DNA of 64,000 nt from an uncultured delta proteobacterium (GTDB lineage: Bacteria; Myxococcota_A; Polyangia; Polyangiales; Polyangiaceae), in assembly GCA_963782055.1 (NCBI GenBank), contig CAWAIF010000003.1, forward strand, positions 5,568,001 to 5,632,000, read 5' to 3'. Position numbers and translations under genes: made by a program. Shown here in pieces: positions 48,408 through 57,210 of the stretch. Within the stretch, counting starts at the first letter, position 1. Each line of letters opens with the position of its first letter. Below the pieces are notes generated by a model. It worked only from the letters and a program-made list of their open reading frames with translations, had not been told where the DNA came from and did no database searches.

Positions 48408-49757
48408 ATGCACGGGCTCTGGACCATGGTGCGCGACGGCGGCTGGGGCGCGCTCTTCGCGCTCTTCCTCGGCGTGCTGGGCTTGTTGATCGCGCTGGGT
48501 GCCGTGGTCGCCCTCATGGCCTCACGCCGGGCGGGGTACTACGTCGGCGTGGCGGCGCTGCTGGTCGCGTCGCTCACCGCCGGCGTCGGCCTGCTCGGGA
48601 TGTCCATCGGCTGGCACAAGGTGCAGGCGGCGGCGGCGGGTGGGCTGGTGAGCGGCGTGACGCAGGAGCGCCTCCTCGAGGAGGGTTACCGCGAGGCGCA
48701 GGACTCGGCGAAGGTCGGCTTCGGTGCTGCGCTCCTGCCGCTCCTCCTCGGCGCGATCGCCGTGCTCGCCGGCGCCGGGGCCCGACGCAAGGATGCTCCG
48801 CCGCCGCAGGCGTGGCGCCCGCTCGGCGCCCCGCCGCCCCCCCCGGCGGGCGGGAACGGCGGCCGCTGGGCCTTCGGCAGCATCGCCATCCTGCTCGCCT
48901 TGATCACCAGCGGGGGCGCGCTCGCCGCGACCACCACCGACCCACCGAAGGGCAAGTACGACTTCGCCCCCGACGACACGGACGCGTGGAAGCTCGCCGA
49001 GGCGCGCGAGAACGCCGACAAGGATCCCGACGCGGGCTGCGATCAGCTCGACGACGTCCTCGCGCGCTTCTGGCTGGCGAGCGACCGCGACGAGTGGCCT
49101 CGTCACTTCGCGCGCGATCCCGCGACGCTCATCCCCGACTGGAAGACGACGGCGACCACCTGCGCGCGCCGCATCTGGGAGAACGTGAAGAAGGACGGGA
49201 CCTGGACGCGCCCGCCGGCGACCGGCGCCACGTGGGTCGCGGTGACGCCTCGCGACTGGGACAGAGCGCTGCTCCTGCAGTCTCCGCTCCTGGTGGACGA
49301 GGCGCTTCACGCCGAGATCCTCGCGGCGCCGACGCCGCTGGTGAAGCGGCAGCTCGGCGACGGCGGCATCACGCCCGACCTGCGCGACGTGCTGGGGGTG
49401 CTCGCCGGCGATGCGGGAGCGCCGCCGCCGAGCGCGAAGACCGTCACCGGCGCGACGTCGGTCAGCGGCCGGCTCCCCCCGGAGGTCATCCGGCGCATCG
49501 TGCAGCGACACATGGGGGCCATCCGCACGTGCTACTCCGACGGCCTGCGCAAGAATCCCGACCTCTCCGGGAAGGTGAACGTGAGCTTCGTCATCGGACG
49601 CGACGGCGACGTCACCAGCGCCAAGAGCACCGACTACACCCTGCCCGACGCTGCGGTGCGGGCGTGCATCGTGAAGGTGTTCCGGACGATGACCTTCCCC
49701 CAACCAGAGGGCGGCATCGTGACCGTCCACTATCCGATCGTCCTCGAGTCCACATGA
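48408..49757 (+). CDS. Multi-TM membrane protein with C-terminal AgmX/PglI (TonB_C-like) domain
   Basis: Four hydrophobic helices, then GRLPPEVIRRIVQRHMGAIRTCY...FPQPEGGIVTVHYPI. Confidence 0.8.
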   Translation: MHGLWTMVRDGGWGALFALFLGVLGLLIALGAVVALMASRRAGYYVGVAALLVASLTAGVGLLGMSIGWHKVQAAAAGGLVSGVTQERLLEEGYREAQDSAKVGFGAALLPLLLGAIAVLAGAGARRKDAPPPQAWRPLGAPPPPPAGGNGGRWAFGSIAILLALITSGGALAATTTDPPKGKYDFAPDDTDAWKLAEARENADKDPDAGCDQLDDVLARFWLASDRDEWPRHFARDPATLIPDWKTTATTCARRIWENVKKDGTWTRPPATGATWVAVTPRDWDRALLLQSPLLVDEALHAEILAAPTPLVKRQLGDGGITPDLRDVLGVLAGDAGAPPPSAKTVTGATSVSGRLPPEVIRRIVQRHMGAIRTCYSDGLRKNPDLSGKVNVSFVIGRDGDVTSAKSTDYTLPDAAVRACIVKVFRTMTFPQPEGGIVTVHYPIVLEST

Positions 49758-50377
49758 ACGCACGCTCCTCGCCCGCCGCGCTGCGCAACCGGGGCCCCAT
49801 CCTGGAGGTCCTGACGCGCGTTCTGCCCGCGCGCGGGCTGGTGCTGGAGATCGCCAGCGGCACGGGCGAGCACGCCGTCTTCTTCGCCCGCGGCCTGCCC
49901 GCGATCGAGTGGCAGCCCAGCGACGTCGACGCGGAGGCGCTGGAGAGCATCGCGGCGCGGCGGGAGGCCGAGCCGTCGCCCAACCTGCGGGCGCCGCTGC
50001 CGCTGGACGTGTGCGCGGCGGCGTGGCCCATCGCGCGCGCCGACGCCGTCTTCTGCGCCAACATGATCCACGCCTCGCCGCCCGAGACGACGCCAGGCCT
50101 CCTGCGCGGCGCGGCGCGCGTGCTGGAAGAAGGCGGGGTGCTCGTCACCTACGGCCCGTACCGGATCGGCGGCGCGCACACCGCAGAGAGCAACGTGGAG
50201 TTCGACGCGTGGCTCGAGGGGCGGGACCCGCGCTGGGGGGTGCGCGACCTGGAGGTCGTGGTGGAGGTGGCGGCCGGGGCGGGCCTCGTCCTGGAGGAGC
50301 GGGTGCCGATGCCGGCGAACAACTACGTGCTCGTGTTCCGCAAGGGCGCGGCCGCGCCTAGTAGAGGTACGGGATGA
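49754..50377 (+). CDS. DUF938 class I SAM-dependent methyltransferase
   Basis: RNRGPIL, LEIASGTGEH, WQPSD, NMIH, YGPY, SNVEFD, MPANN; ATGA overlap. Confidence 0.9.
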   Translation: MNARSSPAALRNRGPILEVLTRVLPARGLVLEIASGTGEHAVFFARGLPAIEWQPSDVDAEALESIAARREAEPSPNLRAPLPLDVCAAAWPIARADAVFCANMIHASPPETTPGLLRGAARVLEEGGVLVTYGPYRIGGAHTAESNVEFDAWLEGRDPRWGVRDLEVVVEVAAGAGLVLEERVPMPANNYVLVFRKGAAAPSRGTG

Positions 50378-51041
50378 AACGCTTGGTGTGGCGGGACCAC
50401 TCGCGGTAGGCGTCGCCGTAGTGGGACTCGAGGTAGCGGTCGAGCACCGGGATCTGCGAGAAGACGAAGCCGCCCACCTCGATCAGGACGATGACCGCGG
50501 ACCACGGGTTGCGCGTGACCAGCGCCCACGCCACGCCCCACACCGAATCGCCGAAGTAGTTGGGGTGGCGGCAGAGAGCGAAGAAGCCGCCGGTGAAGAG
50601 CTGGCCCCGGTGCTCGGGGTTCGCCTTGAAGGCGCGCCGCTGCAGCTCCGAGCCTGTGTTGAAGACGCTGCCGACGAAGAAGGCGACGAACCAGACCAGG
50701 TCCCACGTGCCCAGCGGGGCGGTGGCCCCCGCCCCGAGGAGGGCGAAGCCGCACTGGTAGACGCCGCTGGCGAAGATGACCGGCACCGCCTCGCTCCAGC
50801 CGAAGCGACGCTGGAGCAGGTACACGCCGGTGAGGGTCATCCGGACCCACAGCACCACGCCGAAGGCTGCGAGGACGATGCGCCGGCCGGCGTCCCCCGC
50901 CATCCACGTCCGGCCCACCCAGTGGCCGACCACCGCGTAGCCGCCACCGAGCAGGATCCACAGCGCGACGCCGAGCTCGGCCAGGTGCAGCACCACCCAG
51001 GTCCAGCGGGGTATCCGTGACGTCTCTTCCTGTCCGTGCAT
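50358..51041 (-). CDS. DUF1295 / steroid 5-alpha-reductase-like membrane protein
   Basis: SELQRRAFK, GGFFALCRHPNYFGD, YREW...TKRFIP. Confidence 0.85.
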   Translation of the reverse strand: MHGQEETSRIPRWTWVVLHLAELGVALWILLGGGYAVVGHWVGRTWMAGDAGRRIVLAAFGVVLWVRMTLTGVYLLQRRFGWSEAVPVIFASGVYQCGFALLGAGATAPLGTWDLVWFVAFFVGSVFNTGSELQRRAFKANPEHRGQLFTGGFFALCRHPNYFGDSVWGVAWALVTRNPWSAVIVLIEVGGFVFSQIPVLDRYLESHYGDAYREWSRHTKRFIPYLY

Positions 51042-51151
51042 GGCTCCTGTCTCCCGCGGTGGCTCCGGCGCAGCCACGTGTCCAGCATAGCGGCGACGAG
51101 CGGCGACCGCCTGCGACGGCGCGCCAATCTGCTGCGCGCACGCGCCAGCGC

Positions 51152-51636
51152 TCAGGGGCGACGCACCGCGACCGGACGCGCGTGTCGCGAGCGATACTGG
51201 CTCGGCGTCTCGCCCTCCCACCGCTTGAAGGCGGTGGCGAACGCCGCGGCGTCGGCGTAGCCGAGCAGGTAGGCGATCTCTCCGATGCGCAGCCGATCGC
51301 TCTGCAGGTGCATCACCGCGAGCTCCCTGCGCGTGTCGTCGAGCAGCCGGCGGAAGCTGACGCGCCGCTCGGTCAGCCGCCGCTGCAGGGTACCCCGAAC
51401 GGCACGGCGGCGCCGGCGTGCAGGCCCAGCCCCGGCTTCTGCCACTGCTCCTGCGCGAGCTTCCAGCTCAGGGTGCTGCGCGCGATGGACACCCGGGCGT
51501 CGGGATCGTCCAGCACATCGCGCGCGATGCCGACGCCCTCGCGGATGCGCTCCACGTCGAGGCCGAGCGCCGCGAACCCGGCGAACGAGGCCCTGAGGGC
51601 GGTCGACCAGAGGCCGGTCTCCGCGCGCTCGGTCAT
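51152..51636 (-). pseudogene. AraC-family regulator with a large internal deletion and frameshift
   Basis: N-terminal part (...DPDARVS...PGLGLHAG...PFG) in one frame joins the HTH (TLQRRL...IGEIAYLLGYADAAAF..AFKRWEGETP) in another frame at ~51392. Confidence 0.8.
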
Positions 51637-51769
51637 CGATGGTCTCCGGTGGCTGGCATGCGGCGACGACCATCATACAAGCGCGGCGCCGTCGCGAGGA
51701 CGCGCGCCCCGGCGCGTGGTTGTGATCTCCACGCGCCGGGGCCGATCCCGACTCGCCACGCTTGGACGG

Positions 51770-52924
51770 TCAGTGGCGCAAGAGGAGGTCGACGCGACGG
51801 TCCACGGCCCACGCGGCTTCATCTGTCCCGGTGGCGTCGAGCTCGCCGCGCGAGGTCTCGTTGATCTTGCTCTCGTCCATTCCATGCTGCTCGAGGAAGC
51901 TCCCGACGGTGTTCGCGCGTCGCGCGCCGAGGGCCTGGTTGTACTCGACGGTGCCGCGCGGGTCGGCGCGCCCGACCAGCTGCATCTCGGAGCCCTTGAG
52001 GGGCCCGGTGGTGAAGCACTCGGCGACCTTCTTCAGCACCTCCTCGTCTTCCGGCAGGAGGGCGCTCTCGTCGAAGTTGAACTTGGGCGCCGTGTCGATG
52101 TTGTCCAGGTCCATCTTGCAGGCCGCCAGGACCTCCTCGGAGATGGAGAGGGAGGGGCTCACCGGCCTCATCTTCTCCGGCGGGGGCGCGGTGACGGGCG
52201 CGGGCGGCGGCAGCGTCGCCCGTGTCACCTGGGTCTGCGAGACCGGAATCGCCTCGCCGGCGTACGCGTTCGTCACGTCGAAGCGACCCTGGACGCCGGC
52301 GAAGACGAAGGTGCTGACACGCGGGTCGTTCAGGGCCACCTGGGGGCCGTTGTTCTGCCAGAGCGGCAGGTTGAGGTCGGCCCCGATGACGGGCGCGATG
52401 GCGACGTCCTTGTCGACCCGGATGTCCATGCCCACGGTGAGCTTCGCCAGCTCGAAGCCGTGGGTGAGCAGGTTCGGTGCGGGGTCGGGGTGCGTCTCCC
52501 AGAGCAGGCGATACCCCGTCCCGAGCTGCACCCACGGATCGGCGCGCGTGTACGGCGAGAGGTGATAGGCGGCGTTGATGCCGGCGGTGAGCCCGCGGGC
52601 TCCGGACGCGCGCTCCGCGGTGAGCTCCTGATACTGGCCGGCGAGACCGATCGACCAGTGCGGATCGATGCGGTAGCCGACGCCGAGGTCGACGGCGATA
52701 CCCGGCGTGACGACGTCCGGGAGCGCGACGCCCCCCTGCAGCATGCCGAAGCCCTGTGTGTAGCCCGTGCCGACCGACAGCTCGAGCGCCTTGATCGGGG
52801 CATCCACATGCTGCTGCAAGTACGATGGCTCCTCTCCGGCTGAGGGCGTCGTTTGTGCGCGCGCCTGCATGGCGGAGGCGAGCACGAGACCGATGGCTGA
52901 CACCGTGGCGAGTTTGGCGTTCAT
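51770..52924 (-). CDS. OmpA family protein (N-terminal beta-barrel + OmpA_C/Pal domain)
   Basis: AAGGAGG RBS, signal peptide, FNFDES, GRADPRGTVEYNQALGARRA, SRGE, DRRVD. Confidence 0.9.
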   Translation of the reverse strand: MNAKLATVSAIGLVLASAMQARAQTTPSAGEEPSYLQQHVDAPIKALELSVGTGYTQGFGMLQGGVALPDVVTPGIAVDLGVGYRIDPHWSIGLAGQYQELTAERASGARGLTAGINAAYHLSPYTRADPWVQLGTGYRLLWETHPDPAPNLLTHGFELAKLTVGMDIRVDKDVAIAPVIGADLNLPLWQNNGPQVALNDPRVSTFVFAGVQGRFDVTNAYAGEAIPVSQTQVTRATLPPPAPVTAPPPEKMRPVSPSLSISEEVLAACKMDLDNIDTAPKFNFDESALLPEDEEVLKKVAECFTTGPLKGSEMQLVGRADPRGTVEYNQALGARRANTVGSFLEQHGMDESKINETSRGELDATGTDEAAWAVDRRVDLLLRH

Positions 52925-52980
52925 GGCGCCCTCCTTTCCGAGTAACTCGGGGGGGACCGAGTGGGATGCTGGTGCACCAG

Positions 52981-52996
52981 TGCATCCGATGTGCCA
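52981..52996 (-). promoter_or_regulatory. sigma54 (-24/-12) promoter of the OmpA gene
   Basis: Minus strand TGGCAC-ATCGG-ATGCA. Confidence 0.7.
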
Positions 52997-53414
52997 CTTC
53001 GCATTACACGGTAGTTTTATACTGTCAGCGCGTTGGCGCTCCGCGGCACCCCATCCGGTCCGGACTCTCGACACAGCTGCACGGGCAGCGTCGAAACGAA
53101 GATGGTTCGCCGATGCACCCTGCCGAGTGTGAGCAGACCTTCGGCTCATCCGCGCTGGGCGACGCTGTCGACGCGGCTGTCCGCGCTCGGAGGCTCACGT
53201 GTCGGTGCTTCCCACCTCGGGTCTTCACAGGACGCATCGCATGCGCACCGGGGTGCGCGGCCGCGCGCACCCACGTGCGCGGGAAGCCACGGCTTCACGC
53301 CACCCCGTACCCCCGGTTCACAGCTCCCGCCCTGGCCACCGGATCGCAAGGAGGCGGACAATCGCGCGCTCGCGCCCACGGCAGGAGTCTGCGCCCCCGC
53401 CCCATGACGCACCG

Positions 53415-53430
53415 TGGCATGCAGGATGCT
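53415..53430 (+). promoter_or_regulatory. sigma54 (-24/-12) promoter of the lipoprotein operon
   Basis: TGGCAT-GCAGG-ATGCT, 12 nt before GTG 53443. Confidence 0.65.
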
Positions 53431-53442
53431 TGAGGCGGCCCC

Positions 53443-54114
53443 GTGCACGGCCCACCCCCCCGCCACTTGCCGTGGGCTTGCCTGCTCCTGGCGGGCTGCG
53501 CCTTCCCGACGGCGGTGCCGCAGGCCCGCGTGCGGAGGGGCCCCGCCTACGCGCAGGTGGTGACGCCTCTCGCAGCGCTCCCGGTGACGTGCGCGGAGGT
53601 CCGCTCGCGCAGGCTGCCCGCCGCGTGCACCCCGGGCCGCATCGATGCCGTGGCCAGCGCCGCGCGCCTCGCGCTGGAGTTCGACGGACACGGCGTCGTC
53701 GACACCGAGCGCATCAACGTCCTCGCACGCCACCGCACGACGGTCACGCACGACGAAGCGACGGCGCGCCCTGCCGCGCCCCAGAACCCGCTCCGGCCGC
53801 CGCCCTCTTCGGGCGACTCCGTCACGATGCTCGAGGGGGGGGCGACATGGAGCGACGCCCCCGCCGACCAGCGCAGCGCCCTCCTCGCCGCCATGGGCGT
53901 GCACGGCCTGCTCGCCGTGCGGATCACGGTGGGGCCCGCGCGGGGCGCGTCGGCGGAGCAGACGGTCACCGCGCAGGTGACCGTGTCGCGGCTCGCTCCC
54001 GCCCAGCTCGTGTGGGAGAGCCGGTGCAGCGCAGAGACCGGAGACTACCACTCGGTGGACCAGGCCTTCGACATCGCGACGCGGTGCGCGCTGGAGAGTC
54101 CGTCGCTGTGGTGA
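53443..54114 (+). CDS. Lipoprotein, CsgG/LpoB-like alpha/beta fold (inferred), paralog 1
   Basis: Lipobox LAGC; RLALEFDGH, LVWESRC, TRCALE. Confidence 0.7.
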   Translation: MHGPPPRHLPWACLLLAGCAFPTAVPQARVRRGPAYAQVVTPLAALPVTCAEVRSRRLPAACTPGRIDAVASAARLALEFDGHGVVDTERINVLARHRTTVTHDEATARPAAPQNPLRPPPSSGDSVTMLEGGATWSDAPADQRSALLAAMGVHGLLAVRITVGPARGASAEQTVTAQVTVSRLAPAQLVWESRCSAETGDYHSVDQAFDIATRCALESPSLW

Positions 54115-54770
54115 GGCGCCTCCTCGCAGCGACCGGGATCGCGGTCGCGCTGGGCGCGTGCGCGACGCCGGCGGAGATCCAGCCGCCCGTCCTCCGCGTG
54201 CGACGCGGGCCTGCCGCCTCGCGCCCCGTCCATCGCGTGGTGGCGACACGCGCGACGTGCGGCTCCTTCTCGTCGCTGGCGGGCGACGCGGGGGCGGTCG
54301 CCTCGGCGCCCTGCAGCCCGGACGCGGTCCGCGGCGTGGACGAGCTCGTCCGCGCGGCGCTCGAGTTTCGCGGCTACGACGTGCTGGACGCCGAGGCGAT
54401 CAACGCGGTCACCGCCGCGCGCTCCGAGACGACCACCGAGCGCTCCGACAGACCAGGCGCGACGCGGTCTTCGGTCACCACGGTCGAGGAGGGCTCCCGG
54501 TTCGAGGACCGGACACCCCTCGAGCAGACCGCCATCCTCCGGAAGCTCGGCGCCGACGGCGTGGTCTCGACGCGCATCTGGATCGGCGCGCGCGCGGGGG
54601 CGATGAGCATGGAGCGCACCGCCACGGTGCAGGTGACGCTCGCCGGCGCGGCCGACGGCGCGCTCGTGTGGTCGCGCCGGTGCGATCTCCTCGTGGGCGG
54701 GCTCACCGCGACCGACGCGGTGGCGATGGAGCACGGCGCGCGGTGCGCCATGGCCGGGGACGCGCCGTGA
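54111..54770 (+). CDS. Lipoprotein, paralog 2
   Basis: GTGA overlap; lipobox LGAC; RAALEFRGY, LGADGV, LVWSRRC, ARCAMA. Confidence 0.7.
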   Translation: MRRLLAATGIAVALGACATPAEIQPPVLRVRRGPAASRPVHRVVATRATCGSFSSLAGDAGAVASAPCSPDAVRGVDELVRAALEFRGYDVLDAEAINAVTAARSETTTERSDRPGATRSSVTTVEEGSRFEDRTPLEQTAILRKLGADGVVSTRIWIGARAGAMSMERTATVQVTLAGAADGALVWSRRCDLLVGGLTATDAVAMEHGARCAMAGDAP

Positions 54771-55396
54771 GGCGAGGTGCGGCAGGCGCCGTCCTCCTCG
54801 CCTCCGGGCACCTGCTCGGCTGCAGCGTGGGGGTGGGCGGTGCGTACGTCGGCAAGTACCGCGCGCACGACGCCGTGCAGTACGAGGCGTGCCTCGAGGA
54901 CGCGGCTGGCCGCTGCGCGGACACGAGGGTCTCCACCCGTCACGTCCCCGCCCGCTCCTTCACCGGCGCGGTCCTCGCCTTCCCCGCGCTGGGCGCTGCG
55001 GTGGTGACTCACGACGGCGACACCTCGGCGCGCTTTCGCGTGGACGGGTCGCTGGAGGTCCTCGCGGGCAAGGGACGCTTCGCGGTGGGCGGGCGCACCG
55101 ATGTCCTCTTCGACGATCAGGGCGCGGTGTCCGTCCCGGTGACGATCGTCGGGCACGCGTCGCTGCTGGAGCGTCTCAGCGTCCACGCCGGCGTCGGGTA
55201 CGTCCCGTACTCCAACCTCGCCGGAGAGATCTCTCTCGTCGGCGCGCGCGCGCTGGCCGGCGTCCAGATCGGCCTCATCCGGGCGTCGCAGACGAGCTAC
55301 GTCGTGCTCACCGTCGAGACCGACCTGACGTGGGTCGACTTCACCACCTCCTATCTCTCCAACGGCTACACCACCCACCTGGGGTTCTTCTTCTGA
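54767..55396 (+). CDS. Putative outer-membrane beta-strand-rich lipoprotein
   Basis: GTGA overlap; LLGC; alternating amphipathic strands; C-terminal YTTHLGFFF. Confidence 0.65.
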   Translation: MRRGAAGAVLLASGHLLGCSVGVGGAYVGKYRAHDAVQYEACLEDAAGRCADTRVSTRHVPARSFTGAVLAFPALGAAVVTHDGDTSARFRVDGSLEVLAGKGRFAVGGRTDVLFDDQGAVSVPVTIVGHASLLERLSVHAGVGYVPYSNLAGEISLVGARALAGVQIGLIRASQTSYVVLTVETDLTWVDFTTSYLSNGYTTHLGFFF

Positions 55397-55427
55397 GCCT
55401 CGCTTCTCCACCGACCAAGGGACTCGC

Positions 55428-56141
55428 ATGAAATCGACCATCTTTGCCGTCGCCTTTCTCGCGCTCGGCGCTTGCGCGAGCCCCCCGCGGCCGCTCTCTC
55501 CGGAGGTCGCGCTCGGCCCGGCGCGCGCCGCCCGTCCGGCGCGCGTGCTCGTCACCAGGGCGCACTGCGGCTCGATGGAGTACCGGTGCCCCGCCGACTA
55601 CGGGCGCACCGTCGACCAGATCATCCGCTCGCAGCTGGAGTTCACCGGCCACTCCCTGGTCGAGGGCGACGCGCTGCTGCGCACCACGCGCGCGCGCCAC
55701 GAGGAGCACCAGGACTCCAGCACCACGACCGAGAGTCACCACGAGACGGTCACCGGCCGGGAGATTGGCGCTCCCCTCGGCCTGAACCGCCGGACGAAGT
55801 CGGAGGCCGTCACCACGACGACCACCGAGACGGGCCTCGTCGTCCTCGACGGCCCCACCTTCGAGGATCTCTCGGTCGACGAGCGCAAGGAGGTCCTCGC
55901 CAAGTCGGGCGCCGACGCCGCGCTGTCGGTGCGGGTGGTCATCGGCGGCCAGCAGGGCGTCTGGTTGCCCGACCAGAACGTCGAGGTGACGGTGAAGATG
56001 TCGGAGGGCGACGCGATGGTCTGGGCCTCGCGCTGCCTCGCCAGCTCCAACGACTACGCGACGGTGAGCGCGGCGCTCGAGGCGGCCTCGCGCTGCGCGA
56101 TGGACGGGGCGACGTCTGCGGGAGCGGGCCCGCGCCCCTGA
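55428..56141 (+). CDS. Lipoprotein, paralog 3
   Basis: Lipobox LGAC; RSQLEFTGH, SGADAAL, MVWASRC, SRCAMD; Thr-rich insert. Confidence 0.75.
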   Translation: MKSTIFAVAFLALGACASPPRPLSPEVALGPARAARPARVLVTRAHCGSMEYRCPADYGRTVDQIIRSQLEFTGHSLVEGDALLRTTRARHEEHQDSSTTTESHHETVTGREIGAPLGLNRRTKSEAVTTTTTETGLVVLDGPTFEDLSVDERKEVLAKSGADAALSVRVVIGGQQGVWLPDQNVEVTVKMSEGDAMVWASRCLASSNDYATVSAALEAASRCAMDGATSAGAGPRP

Positions 56142-56173
56142 CGTTGGCGCACGGCGACCCGCGCGACCGCGGG

Positions 56174-57145
56174 CTACGACGCCGCGGGCGGCCGGACCCA
56201 CTCGAGCTGGCTCACCTCGAAGTCGCACACGCCCAGCGCGGGGCCGGGCTCGCCGCGCGCGGCCGTCTCGGCGAGCACGTCCTTCGCGAACCGGCGGAGC
56301 CTGCGGTGCGCGCCGTCCGCCGTGTTGATCGCGTCCAGCGTCGCGTCCGGCACGCCGAGCTCGAGGTCGGCGTCGTACGGGCCTGCCGCGATGCGCTCCC
56401 GGATGCGCTCGTCGGAGTAGCGGGCGTCGCCGGTCAGGAGCACCGCGCGCGGGGGAAAGGCGGGCTCCTCCAGGTCGTAGACCAAAAGGAGCGCGTCGCG
56501 CTCGCCGAGCCCCTGCGCGAGCCGCGTCACCTCGTCGACGGCGCACCGCTTCGCGCGCGCGCCCAGCCGGGGCGCGCCGCGCCGGCTGGTGAACTCCGGG
56601 GACTCGTCGCCCGTCGGGTCGATGCCCATGCTCGTCGCCGACCAGGTGCGCCGCCACACGCGCGCGATCCCGTCGCCGTCCCACTCCACGCGGTACGCCT
56701 CCACCTCGGCGGCGAGGTTGATCTTGCGCACGGCGAAGGTGACGTGCCCGTCCTCCCACGCGAAGCGGAACCAGCCCACGCCGGTCGGCGCGGCGGAGGC
56801 GAGCCAGAGCAGGCGACCGTCCCGCACCTCGCCCGCCCAGACCTTCGAGCAGCGCCCGTCCTCGGACCGCCGCCCACGCACCGCGGTGTCCGTCCACTCG
56901 AAGGTGTCGGTCCAGAGCACGCGACCGGCGCGCATCGCCTCCCGCCGCAGGACGCGACCGGACGCGTCGAGATCGAAGGTCCAGCACTCCTGGCTGCGCG
57001 ACGGACGTTCCCGCAGCCGCGGTCTGGAGGCGCCGTACGCCTCCGGCACGATCGGGTTGAGCAAGTCGGCGTCGTCGGACGCGTGGAGGGTGCGCGCGAC
57101 GACGCCCACGGGGATCACCGGCGCCTCGTCCAGCATGCGATTCAT
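56174..57145 (-). CDS. Hypothetical protein
   Basis: 3' part of ORF 56174..58789 with normal amino-acid composition; could start at GTG 57214 (GTGA overlap). Confidence 0.6.
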   Translation of the reverse strand: MNRMLDEAPVIPVGVVARTLHASDDADLLNPIVPEAYGASRPRLRERPSRSQECWTFDLDASGRVLRREAMRAGRVLWTDTFEWTDTAVRGRRSEDGRCSKVWAGEVRDGRLLWLASAAPTGVGWFRFAWEDGHVTFAVRKINLAAEVEAYRVEWDGDGIARVWRRTWSATSMGIDPTGDESPEFTSRRGAPRLGARAKRCAVDEVTRLAQGLGERDALLLVYDLEEPAFPPRAVLLTGDARYSDERIRERIAAGPYDADLELGVPDATLDAINTADGAHRRLRRFAKDVLAETAARGEPGPALGVCDFEVSQLEWVRPPAAS

Positions 57146-57210
57146 GCCGCCGGGATAGCCGGGGGGATCGGAGGCCATCGCGCGGGTGAGCGTCGGGGTC
57201 AGGGCGACGG

